42,959 nt of DNA, from the IMG/VR virus record IMGVR_UViG_3300025675_000039, positions 1 to 42,959 of that record. One strand, given 5' to 3'. Under the pieces are notes generated by a model. The model saw only the letters and a list, made by a program, of their open reading frames with translations, was not told the origin of the DNA and made no database searches. Positions 8,581-16,698 of the stretch are shown piece by piece. The stretch comes from a virus (Duplodnaviria > Caudoviricetes). Position 1 is the stretch's first letter, and every line of letters begins with the position of its first letter. A program made the position numbers and the translations under genes.

Positions 8581-9535
8581 GGAAAAAAGCCTCAACATCG
8601 ACCAGATGTTCAAGGCGCTCGTACAGTTCTTCGGCCGGCGTGTCTCCGGGGTCCTGGCCGAGCTCCAGGTAGACATGGCGGACCGATGCCGACTTGTACT
8701 TTTCCTTTACTTTCTGGCGGGCGAGATCGCCGGCCTCGTCGGCATCGAAGATGGTGACGATCTCGGTCGCGCCGGCCATTCGCGACAGCTTGTCCTCCCA
8801 CAGCGAGGAGGTCAGCGGCGTCACCACATTGCGGTACACCTCCAGTGTCCGGGCAAGGTCGAACACCGACTCGACCATCACAACCGGACGGTCGAGATCG
8901 ACCCAGTGCTCGCCCAGCCAGCACATAGGGTTCGTCCGATGGTTCCAGGGGTACATCAGGTACTTGGGTTGCTGATTGCCACAGGCCCGGCCGTGCAGAC
9001 CGACCAGCCGGCCGGCGAAGTCGCGCACCGGGAAGACGATCCGGTCGCGATAGTCGTCGTAGCGGATATCGAGGAAACCGGCGATCGGGGCTGATACCTC
9101 GCGTTCCGCGAGATACGGGTGGCATACGCCCTCGAACACCGCGGGCTCCATGGCTTCCAGCAGATGCTCCGGAAACGGTTCGGGCTGGCTGACCTTCTTG
9201 ACCTCGCCATAGTCCGGGATATCGAAGACGTCGATCGGGTCCTCGTCTTCCGCCTGTGCAATCAATTGCAAGGCAGTCTTCTTGTCGATCGGCGCCTTGA
9301 GGTCTCCCAGCCGTTGCACCAGCATGGTCTGCGAGCCGGCGAAGTGGCAGCTGAAGCAATGACACCGGCTGTCGCCCGGCTCGATCCTGACCCCGAACGA
9401 CGGGTTCTTGTCTTGGCCCTTGCCGTGGGTCCAGGGCGCGAGGGGACAGCGCGCAACCACCCACCCGCTCCGCTGGGACGGCACGGGGGCGCTCCCGATC
9501 GCCTTCAGGAACGCCCCGATGCGCTGCTCGTCCAT
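8558..9535 (-). CDS. DNA primase (zinc finger + TOPRIM)
   Basis: CPL..H...CFSC zinc finger; RIVFPV..GR..PKY; VESVFD; FDADEAG. Confidence 0.9.
   Translation of the reverse strand: MDEQRIGAFLKAIGSAPVPSQRSGWVVARCPLAPWTHGKGQDKNPSFGVRIEPGDSRCHCFSCHFAGSQTMLVQRLGDLKAPIDKKTALQLIAQAEDEDPIDVFDIPDYGEVKKVSQPEPFPEHLLEAMEPAVFEGVCHPYLAEREVSAPIAGFLDIRYDDYRDRIVFPVRDFAGRLVGLHGRACGNQQPKYLMYPWNHRTNPMCWLGEHWVDLDRPVVMVESVFDLARTLEVYRNVVTPLTSSLWEDKLSRMAGATEIVTIFDADEAGDLARQKVKEKYKSASVRHVYLELGQDPGDTPAEELYERLEHLVDVEAFFLQSAGSP
9257..9270. repeat. Dispersed palindrome copy 3 (TGCAATCAATTGCA)
   Basis: Inside primase, encoding LQLIA. Confidence 0.95.
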
Positions 9536-9538
9536 GAC

Positions 9539-9790
9539 CTACGACGTAGGCCGCCAGGCCACGAGCCGGGATACGAAACTCTCAAGATCGCACGGCTCGT
9601 CGTTCTCGTCGACCGGCGCGAACTCGAAGTCCCCCGGCTCGTAGAGGCTATGCGTGTAGAAGGCCCGCTCGACCGTGCCGTCGGTCAGCAACACCTCGAC
9701 GATGGACTCGTCCGGCGGCAGCCGACTGGTCACACGTCCGGTCTTCTCCTCGATCGTGAAGGGTGTCCAGGGCCGGTCAGTCTCGGTCAT
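9539..9790 (-). CDS. Hypothetical protein (83 aa)
   Basis: GGAGG RBS; ATGA overlap with neighbour. Confidence 0.7.
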   Translation of the reverse strand: MTETDRPWTPFTIEEKTGRVTSRLPPDESIVEVLLTDGTVERAFYTHSLYEPGDFEFAPVDENDEPCDLESFVSRLVAWRPTS

Positions 9791-10140
9791 GACCTTCCTC
9801 CTCCCGGCGCCGCCTTGACCCGCTGCTCGGCCGTGCCCCGCTTCCAGGGTGCGGCCATCAGCTGGTCCTCGGTCAGTCCGAGCTTCTCCAGCGACGCATC
9901 GATGTCGACCTGGGCCCGGCCGTCGGCACCCTTGGTGTAGACGACGAAGTGCTGCCAGTTGCGGCTATGGCCCTGCGAGGCCTTGCCGTTGGTTCGGGGA
10001 CGGAAGGCCGGCTTCGGCGCCGGCCCCTCACTGATCTGCTCCAGCCGGGTGAACGTCACGGGGTCCGGGCTGTACAGCTGCAGGGTGGTGACGAGGTCAC
10101 CGAGCGTGGCCTCGGTCTCGATCTCGAGACGGTACTTCAT
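9787..10140 (-). CDS. Hypothetical protein (117 aa)
   Basis: Co-oriented, GGAG RBS. Confidence 0.7.
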   Translation of the reverse strand: MKYRLEIETEATLGDLVTTLQLYSPDPVTFTRLEQISEGPAPKPAFRPRTNGKASQGHSRNWQHFVVYTKGADGRAQVDIDASLEKLGLTEDQLMAAPWKRGTAEQRVKAAPGGGRS

Positions 10141-10163
10141 CAGGCTCTCCCATCCTTGGGATT

Positions 10164-10652
10164 TCAGGCCTTGCGGCGGGTCTTGATCGTCCGCTTGGTG
10201 CGGTCGCGCTTGGTCTCGATCACCTCGTCGCGCTGCGGCTCGGTGAGGTACCGATCGAGGTCGCCGAGCTTGAAGCTGGCCAGCGCCAGGAACTGCTCGA
10301 CCCCAAGGATCTCCAGCAGCCGCTTCTTGTCGGTGACCTCGCGCGACCGACTCGCCGTGCCGATGTCGGCGATGTATGCCTGACCCTGCTTGATGCCGCT
10401 CTCGTCGGGCGAGTCGTAGGCCGCGTCGGCCAGCTGCTCGCGCAACTCCTTGGCCCGAGCGTTGTACTGAGCAATCTTCTTGACGGTTTCGTCGATCGAG
10501 GCCTGGAGGTTGACCACCTCCTCGTCGATCTGGCCGAGCTCGTCAATCAGCGGGGCGAGGTTCGACCCGGCCCCAGCTTCGGCACCATTGCCGGAAAGCT
10601 CCTTGAGAGCGTCGATCTCGGACTTGTCCTGAACCTTGATGGTCACAGCCAT
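10164..10652 (-). CDS. Hypothetical coiled-coil protein (162 aa)
   Basis: AAGGAGGAG RBS; N-terminal coiled coil. Confidence 0.75.
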   Translation of the reverse strand: MAVTIKVQDKSEIDALKELSGNGAEAGAGSNLAPLIDELGQIDEEVVNLQASIDETVKKIAQYNARAKELREQLADAAYDSPDESGIKQGQAYIADIGTASRSREVTDKKRLLEILGVEQFLALASFKLGDLDRYLTEPQRDEVIETKRDRTKRTIKTRRKA

Positions 10653-10700
10653 CTCTTCATCTCCTCCTTGAGAGCTGTGGTGACCCGAGGGTCTGCGAAC

Positions 10701-10728
10701 AGTCTAACGCATTGGCGATGCTGGACAA
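10701..10728 (-). promoter_or_regulatory. Putative promoter
   Basis: Minus strand TTGTCC-N16-TAGACT, intergenic. Confidence 0.4.
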
Positions 10729-10730
10729 AG

Positions 10731-11984
10731 CTAGTATTGCAGCTCCTCCAGCGAGACCTCCGCCACCTCGCTGAAGTCCATCGCCTGGAAATTCCAGGAG
10801 GCGAAGAACTGCCCGGTCTCGCCCGACCGGCCCTTCAGGATGTTGATGCGCCGGCGGACGATCGTCTCGACGCTGTCCTCCTGGAACAGGCCGAGCACCA
10901 CGCTGGAGTGCTGGCCGATGGCGTCGGAGTAGCCGATGTCGTCGAGATCAGGGTCCTCATCCTTCTTCTTCTTGTCCTTGCGCTTGAACTGCCAGCTGGC
11001 GACGGTCGGCGCCACCTTGGCGAGCTCCTTCTTCAGCAGGTCAGTGTTCTCCGCCACCCGCTTGTATCGGTCCCGCTCGTAGGGGTGCTCCAGCAGGTAG
11101 GCGCCGTCGACCACCACCAACGCCGGCTTCAGCTGCATGGCGTATCCGACGATGTCCCGCACCGTGCCCGACAGGTTGGCGTCGATGACGTGGAACGGCA
11201 CCGGGTGGTCCTTCACGTCCTTCAGCAGCGTCTTGATCTGGCCCTTGTGGTCGACCGGGTATGTCGTCATCTGCCCGGTCTTGAACATCCGGTAGGGCTT
11301 GTGCGTGTACAGCGCCGCGACCCGTTCATGGATCAGCTCGGCGGACATTTCCATCGAGACGAACAGCACCGGCTTCAGCTGCTTGCCCCAGACGTTGAGG
11401 GCGATCCACAGCAGCATCCACGACTTGCCCAGGGCGGGCCGACCGACGAACGACACCAGGTCGCCGCGGCGCAGCCCGACCACCATCTGGTCGAGGGTGG
11501 GCCAGCCGAACTGGACGCCGAAGTCGTCGCCCAGCTTGACCTTCTGCAGCAGCAGCGGCCAGACGATGTCGTAGGCGTCGCGGAAGTCGGTCAGCAGATT
11601 GGACTGGCGCTTAGTGGCCATGTCGAGCAGGTCGGTCAGGACCTGGTCGGCAGCCTTGTCGGCTGCCCCGTCCTCGCCCGATTTGAGGATCTCCGCTGCG
11701 GCCTGGATCGACTTCTTGATCGTGCCGTGGCTGAAGCGGTTGAACAGCTCGTCGAGGTAGAAGGCCGGCGTCTCGGCGGCCGACAGCACGGCCTGGCCAA
11801 ACTTCTCCTCGAAGGTCTCCGGGGCTGGCGGCTTGCCGTACTTGCGGCAGAACTGTCTGACGAACTCGTAGGCCTCCTTCTCAGCATCGTTGAACAGATG
11901 CTCCAGGTTGCCCGACAGGGTCAGGGTCGACGCATCCTGGCTCTGCATCACGGCGTACAGGTAGCGATACCCGATCGTGTTCAC
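10731..11984 (-). CDS. dnaB: DnaB-like replicative helicase
   Basis: GRPALGKS, SMEM, VVVDGAYLL, SDAIGQHSS, ILKGRSG; GTG start overlapping the upstream TGA. Confidence 0.9.
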   Translation of the reverse strand: MNTIGYRYLYAVMQSQDASTLTLSGNLEHLFNDAEKEAYEFVRQFCRKYGKPPAPETFEEKFGQAVLSAAETPAFYLDELFNRFSHGTIKKSIQAAAEILKSGEDGAADKAADQVLTDLLDMATKRQSNLLTDFRDAYDIVWPLLLQKVKLGDDFGVQFGWPTLDQMVVGLRRGDLVSFVGRPALGKSWMLLWIALNVWGKQLKPVLFVSMEMSAELIHERVAALYTHKPYRMFKTGQMTTYPVDHKGQIKTLLKDVKDHPVPFHVIDANLSGTVRDIVGYAMQLKPALVVVDGAYLLEHPYERDRYKRVAENTDLLKKELAKVAPTVASWQFKRKDKKKKDEDPDLDDIGYSDAIGQHSSVVLGLFQEDSVETIVRRRINILKGRSGETGQFFASWNFQAMDFSEVAEVSLEELQY

Positions 11985-12559
11985 AGCGCGGCTCCGTCGA
12001 TCACGAAGTAGTGGGCTTCGATGTGCTGCCGGAAGAAGGCACCATATTCCGAGCCCAGGCTGTCCAGGCTCGAGCAGTACAGCACCGTCTGCTGCCGTTC
12101 CGCCCAGCGGGTCAGCAGCACCTCCTGCAACAGCCCGATCTTCCAGTGATCGAGACCGCCTCCTTCGCTCTTGCGGGTGAAGAAGTTGGGCACCAACAGG
12201 CACGACGCCTGCGGCAGGTCGTTCTCCCGCGCCGCTTGTGCAATTGATTGCAAGGTCATCACCTTGGCGCGGATGAAGTTACGCAGCAGGGCGCCGGCGA
12301 TCGCCGCCATCCGGTCCTCGACCGGCGGGTTGAACGGGCCGACATAACACAGCCCGGCGTAGCCATCATGGGCGTGCTGGCGGAACCGCCGCACCCACAG
12401 CGCCTCGCCCTTCGACACGAACTCGTCGATCGGGGTGTAGACGAAACTGGGATGCACCGCCGCATCCCGGGTGACGTCGCTGATTGCCTCGACCAGCCGC
12501 TCGTGCACCGGCCGGTGCAGCACGCCAGCCTGAAAGGCTTCCTCGGGCGTCCGGTTCAT
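11981..12559 (-). CDS. DnaC/IstB-like helicase loader with degenerate Walker motifs
   Basis: Position between initiator and DnaB; GLCYVGP...AAIAGALL...LL(VPNF)...TR....TVL layout, but no GKT or DD. Confidence 0.55.
   Translation of the reverse strand: MNRTPEEAFQAGVLHRPVHERLVEAISDVTRDAAVHPSFVYTPIDEFVSKGEALWVRRFRQHAHDGYAGLCYVGPFNPPVEDRMAAIAGALLRNFIRAKVMTLQSIAQAARENDLPQASCLLVPNFFTRKSEGGGLDHWKIGLLQEVLLTRWAERQQTVLYCSSLDSLGSEYGAFFRQHIEAHYFVIDGAAL
12239..12252. repeat. Dispersed palindrome copy 4 (TGCAATTGATTGCA)
   Basis: Inside the DnaC-like gene, encoding LQSIA. Confidence 0.95.
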
Positions 12560-13467
12560 TCCTTCACCCCCATCGCCTTCAGGAGGTCGTGGGGCGCCTT
12601 CGTGGCCTGGGCCGGGCCCTGACCCTGCCGGAACCAGTTGACGGCCGTCTCGGCGTGCTTGAGCGCGAAGCCGACATCCGGCTTCTCGGGCACGAACTGC
12701 AGGCCCTTATCGGCCCGGACCTGGGCGACGAAGCCCGACCAGTCGGCGAGCACCCGCCCCAGCACCTCGGACGGCCGCTCGGCCGAGGCCACCGCCTTGG
12801 CGAACTGGCCGATCTGGCCCTGCTGCTTGCCGGTCAGCTTGGCGAACGTCCCGTCCCCGGACACCGCCTTCAGCCACTGCGTCACGAGCTGCTTGGGAGC
12901 ATCGGGATCAACGGCCTTGCCTTTCGGCTTCAGCTCCCAGGTCCGGTTCGCCAGGACATCTTCTGCCTTCACGGCGTAACCCTCCTCGTTTCCATCCTTG
13001 GAACTTCTCCCGGAATCTTCTTCGGTCTCCGGGCCGAGGTCAAGCGACGCGGCAGCGTCGCCCTTTTCTCCTCTCCTACTTTTCTCTCTAAAAAGAGATC
13101 GGGCCCTATGGGGCCTTTTGGTCCCTGAGCAAAGTGCCCTCTCGGGCCTTTTGCTATTCTGAGCAACGGGCCCGGACGGGCCCTTTGGGGTCTCGGTCTG
13201 TTCCGTGAACCAGACCTTCTTGGTGCCGCCGATATAGGCCTGTCGACGGTCGATCAGACCCTTCTCGGCGAGCTCCGTCGCGGCTCGACGAAACTGCTTC
13301 AGCGACAGTCCGCTATCCTCGCACCAGTCCTCGCGCGACCGGGCCACCCAGAACCGCCCGTCGCACTCCAGCATCCGGAACTGCGACCAGAACCGGATGC
13401 GGTACAGCAAGATGCCCGCGGCCATGTCCCCGGCCTCGCGGATCGCTTCTGCCAGCTTGGATGCCAT
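12556..13467 (-). CDS. Phage replication initiator (N-terminal winged HTH)
   Basis: SREDWCEDSGLSLKQFRRAATELAEKGLI HTH; low-complexity linker carrying DNA repeats; upstream of loader and helicase. Confidence 0.75.
   Translation of the reverse strand: MASKLAEAIREAGDMAAGILLYRIRFWSQFRMLECDGRFWVARSREDWCEDSGLSLKQFRRAATELAEKGLIDRRQAYIGGTKKVWFTEQTETPKGPSGPVAQNSKRPERALCSGTKRPHRARSLFREKSRRGEKGDAAASLDLGPETEEDSGRSSKDGNEEGYAVKAEDVLANRTWELKPKGKAVDPDAPKQLVTQWLKAVSGDGTFAKLTGKQQGQIGQFAKAVASAERPSEVLGRVLADWSGFVAQVRADKGLQFVPEKPDVGFALKHAETAVNWFRQGQGPAQATKAPHDLLKAMGVKE
13061..13190. repeat. Putative replication origin: iterons plus pyrimidine/AT-rich tract
   Basis: GGGCCYTTTG at 13111, 13144 and 13178; CTGAGCAA at 13125 and 13159; adjacent CTTTTCTCCTCTCCTACTTTTCTCTCTAAAAAG. 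Confidence 0.65.
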
Positions 13468-13492
13468 TCACCCCTCCCCCGTCCTCTGGATG

Positions 13493-13525
13493 AAAAAGCC
13501 CCGCACGGCAGGACCATGCGGGGCT
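13493..13525 (-). terminator. Rho-independent terminator
   Basis: Stem AGCCCCGCA/TGCGGGGCT with a T-run on the minus strand. Confidence 0.8.
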
Positions 13526-13541
13526 CATACGGTGGCAGCGA

Positions 13542-14135
13542 TCAGCTGGGCTTGCTGAAGTCGACCTCGATCACGTTATCGCCGGCGTCGCTGGCCCAGG
13601 CCTTGACGTGGGTGGCCCACTCCTGCAGGTTCTCCGTCGTCGGGATATGCTTGTTGATGACGTCGAGCCACTTGTTCCTGATGAAGGCAGCGGCCTCGTC
13701 GGTGCCGAGCTCGACCGACGCCGACTCGAACAGGCTGCCGACCATCTTCTCGGCGACTGGGTTCTCCTCGATCACCTTCTTGATCATACCCCAGTCACCG
13801 TAGTTCGGCACCACTGCGATCACGTTCAGCGATGCGCGCAGGGCGCGACCGGGACCAGACGGCTGCTTATGCCACTGGAACGGGAAGGCCGACGTTACCT
13901 GCTCGGCCGTGACCTCGGTCTCCTTGTCCTGGTCGTAGCTGTCCGGGTTCTGGAGGGCGAGATCGGCCGGCGCCGCGCGCAGCCGGAACCCGGCGATATA
14001 GGGACCCGAATAGTGACGCTCGAAGTACGGCTTGATGCCGAGGGCGACACCATCCTTCTCGGCGATCTTCAGGTAGTCGAACCCCCCCTCGGAACCGATC
14101 ATCATTTGCGAGGCCTGGGTCATGGTTTCCGCCAT
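13542..14135 (-). CDS. Hypothetical protein, stand-alone transcription unit
   Basis: AAGGAGGAG RBS; flanked by a predicted promoter and terminator (alternative starts 14138, 14153). Confidence 0.75.
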   Translation of the reverse strand: MAETMTQASQMMIGSEGGFDYLKIAEKDGVALGIKPYFERHYSGPYIAGFRLRAAPADLALQNPDSYDQDKETEVTAEQVTSAFPFQWHKQPSGPGRALRASLNVIAVVPNYGDWGMIKKVIEENPVAEKMVGSLFESASVELGTDEAAAFIRNKWLDVINKHIPTTENLQEWATHVKAWASDAGDNVIEVDFSKPS

Positions 14136-14183
14136 CATCTCCTCCTTGAGCATTGGCGTCTTTGGTTGGAAAGAACCAACACC

Positions 14184-14211
14184 AGTCTAGCCCTGTATGC
14201 AGCGAAGTCAA
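14184..14211 (-). promoter_or_regulatory. Putative strong sigma70 promoter
   Basis: Minus strand TTGACT-N16-TAGACT with AT-rich upstream element. Confidence 0.6.
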
Positions 14212-14251
14212 TGAATAATTGACGCTCTCCTAAAGTATTCGACCAGAACAG

Positions 14252-14288
14252 AAAAGACCCCGCCAACCGGTGCTGGCGGGGCTTTCTT
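14252..14288 (-). terminator. Terminator closing the late (structural/lysis) operon
   Basis: Stem CCCCGCCA/TGGCGGGG with A-run on the left and T-rich right flank. Confidence 0.7.
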
Positions 14289-14300
14289 GGCGACCGGAGG

Positions 14301-14600
14301 TCAGGGATAGGCAAACATCGCGCTGTAACTGACCAGGGCAAAGACATTGGCGGGCGAACCGCTGACGAAGGCCCGGATCTTGCCAACGCCCAACTCGAAG
14401 TTGACGTAGCCGTCGGCGGTGAACGAGGCGTCCGTCACGTCGAGCGCCGTGCTGCCGTCAGGGCCGAGCAGCTGCAGCTTGACGGTCGCGCCGTTCCAGG
14501 TGCCGGCGACCACCGCGAAAGTACCGCTGCCACCGGCCCATTCGACCCAAGGCCCGGTGGCGTCGCCGTCCTCGATCAACTTGGCGCCGTGCAGGGACAT
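14301..14600 (-). CDS. Hypothetical beta-rich protein, probably virion-associated (99 aa)
   Basis: GGAGG RBS; Gly/Thr/Val-rich composition. Confidence 0.7.
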   Translation of the reverse strand: MSLHGAKLIEDGDATGPWVEWAGGSGTFAVVAGTWNGATVKLQLLGPDGSTALDVTDASFTADGYVNFELGVGKIRAFVSGSPANVFALVSYSAMFAYP

Positions 14601-14625
14601 CGCTCCCTCCTGCGGTCAGATCGGG

Positions 14626-14982
14626 TCAGCTGAGCGACAGGTCGGCGTCGGTCAGCGTCAGGGTGCCCTGGGCGCCGAAGGTCTCCGAACTGGCCAGCGC
14701 CGCCGAACCCTGGAAATTGCCTGCGGTCAGGGCGTCGAAGAACCCGGCATGGGTCACCGTGACACCGCCCGGCACGTCGAAAGCGGGCTGGTTCGAGCTG
14801 TCGAGGTTGCCCGAGGCCGCGGCGTTCCAGGTCATAGCCTGACGGGCATAGGCCGGCGAGCCGCCGGAGACCTCGTTGGTGCCGGTCGACCCGGGATCGG
14901 CGGTGTGCAGCGAAGCGTGGGTCGCCTTGTTGGCGCCCAGCTGGTCAAGCATGTAGTTCAGCGCAGCGTTCGTGAACGGCAT
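14626..14982 (-). CDS. Minor tail/fibre-associated protein
   Basis: LHTADPG..G.NEVSGG..YARQ motif recurrent in phage minor tail proteins. Confidence 0.7.
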   Translation of the reverse strand: MPFTNAALNYMLDQLGANKATHASLHTADPGSTGTNEVSGGSPAYARQAMTWNAAASGNLDSSNQPAFDVPGGVTVTHAGFFDALTAGNFQGSAALASSETFGAQGTLTLTDADLSLS

Positions 14983-15094
14983 GGTCCTGATTCCCTATCC
15001 TAGGTCGCCGTCAGCAACGGATTGCCGACAATCCCCATACCACGACCCGGTCCGGAACCCCATCGGCCAGGTCTTGGGTGGTCGCATTCCTGCA

Positions 15095-15889
15095 CTACGC
15101 CCGACCGGGCAATCCCTTTAGAAAAGCCTGGCCTTCGTCGAGGAAGCCTCTGTACAGCTTCCAGTTCCCGACATGCCGCTGGGTCCACCAGTGATCCAGA
15201 ATGCATCCGGGGCGATCGCCGGCGAGGTCCATGCCGCGCTCGTCGCCCCAGGCGATCACGTCGGGGTCGTCGAGCTGGACGTCGTGCCAATTCGCCGGCG
15301 CGAGCGGCCCGAGCCCGACATGTCCAATGCAGGGGTAGTAGCCGATCTCCGGCGAGAACCAGCCGCCCAGCACCGACAGCACGGCATCGGTCTCGACGCA
15401 GACATTGAGAAACTCTGTCGCGTCCATCCGACGCGCTGCGGCCAGGGCGGCCGGTCGGTGCTCGGCGCCGTTCAGGAGCAGCACTCGGTGGATACGGTGG
15501 CGTGCCGTGCTTGCAATCAATTGCAACGCCTCCAGAACCACCCGCGAGCCCAGGCTGTGACACATCACGTCGACAGGTCCCTCGACGTGCCCGAACAGTC
15601 GGGCCAGGCGCGGTGCCGCCTGGGTAGCGGCCAGCTCCCAGGCCCAGCTGTAGGTGTTCCAGTGCCTCGCCCGCCAGGCCTTCCAAAGCGTGCCCAGCCC
15701 GGCCGGCGCCGCGTAGTACCCGAAGCGGATCACCGGCCGACCGAGGTGACTACGCCACTCGTCATAGAGACCGTCGGGCCGGTCCCGGCGATGCCGGGCG
15801 TCCGGATCGAACCGGAACCCGTGCACCAGGACGACCGGGCGCTGCAGGCTCTCAGCGAAGAGCCGGTAGTTGGCCTCGCCGCCGATCAT
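15095..15889 (-). CDS. Alpha/beta hydrolase (lipase/esterase-like)
   Basis: VLVHGF oxyanion motif, CHSLG nucleophile elbow, downstream D (TDAVL) and H (LDH). Confidence 0.85.
   Translation of the reverse strand: MIGGEANYRLFAESLQRPVVLVHGFRFDPDARHRRDRPDGLYDEWRSHLGRPVIRFGYYAAPAGLGTLWKAWRARHWNTYSWAWELAATQAAPRLARLFGHVEGPVDVMCHSLGSRVVLEALQLIASTARHRIHRVLLLNGAEHRPAALAAARRMDATEFLNVCVETDAVLSVLGGWFSPEIGYYPCIGHVGLGPLAPANWHDVQLDDPDVIAWGDERGMDLAGDRPGCILDHWWTQRHVGNWKLYRGFLDEGQAFLKGLPGRA
15512..15525. repeat. Dispersed palindrome copy 5 (TGCAATCAATTGCA)
   Basis: Inside the hydrolase, encoding LQLIA. Confidence 0.95.
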
Positions 15890-16683
15890 CAGGCGGCCTC
15901 GCAGACGGCCCGGACCCGGGCATGCAGGTCGGCCGCCTGGGCCTCCAGGGCCTCCATCTCGGCCGCGGTGGGCTGCTCGCCAGCTTCCTGCATGGCGGCG
16001 ACCTGCTGGCGGAATGACAGGCGGTAGAGCCGCATCGCCGCGATCGTCGCCGAACCCTTGGCGATGCCGGCCAGCACCTCGGGATCGACCCCGCCAGCCG
16101 GCGCCGACTCCACAGCGGTCGCCTGCAGCGAGGCCTGGGCAGCCAGAGCCGAGGCCGACCGGGACAGCGTGAGCAGCGCCGTGCTCAGCAGATCCTCATC
16201 GCCGGTGCTGAAGGCCCGCTGGACGTCTCCCATCGCCAGGAAGGCGACCGTCTCGGCGTCACAGATAGCTTGGCGCGCGGAGCCGGAGACCAGGTCAGCG
16301 ACAGCCGCAGTGCCAATCGCGCCGTACACGTACTCGCCAGTGAGCCGAAACGCCTTCTGCTGGGGCGTCTCGCCCTCTTTGGCCCCGAAGGCGTCGCCAA
16401 CCGGCGAACTGGCGCAGCCGACCAGCAGTAGCGGCAGGATCAGGACGGCGAGCACCTTGACGGTGGTCGACCCGCCGACGAACGGCAGCCGGATGCCTTC
16501 CTTGGCCAACTTGCGGCCGATCAGGGCGATGCCGGTGCCGGCGGCGAAGCCGACGTCCAGCGCGATGTTGAGGATCTCGGTGACGGCCGTCTCGGGCAGG
16601 CCGTACTTGCCGCCGAAATACACCGCGGCCATCGAGATGATGCCCCACACCGTCTTCGACTTAAACGCGTTCTTCCCGTCCAT
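15889..16683 (-). CDS. Membrane protein: holin-like N-terminus followed by lipobox and helical domain
   Basis: SKTVWG-TM1...TM2-GRK, then hydrophobic VLAVLILPLLLVGC lipobox; immediately downstream of the endolysin. Confidence 0.6.
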   Translation of the reverse strand: MDGKNAFKSKTVWGIISMAAVYFGGKYGLPETAVTEILNIALDVGFAAGTGIALIGRKLAKEGIRLPFVGGSTTVKVLAVLILPLLLVGCASSPVGDAFGAKEGETPQQKAFRLTGEYVYGAIGTAAVADLVSGSARQAICDAETVAFLAMGDVQRAFSTGDEDLLSTALLTLSRSASALAAQASLQATAVESAPAGGVDPEVLAGIAKGSATIAAMRLYRLSFRQQVAAMQEAGEQPTAAEMEALEAQAADLHARVRAVCEAA

Positions 16684-16698
16684 GGGAACCCTCCTTGG

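Noticed and set aside
10731-12203. Longer upstream starts given by the ORF track (e.g. DnaB 12203, SSB 8676, RuvC 3843, gpK 25364, gpI 24396)
   Set aside because: They overlap upstream genes extensively; shorter starts have RBSs or stop-start coupling
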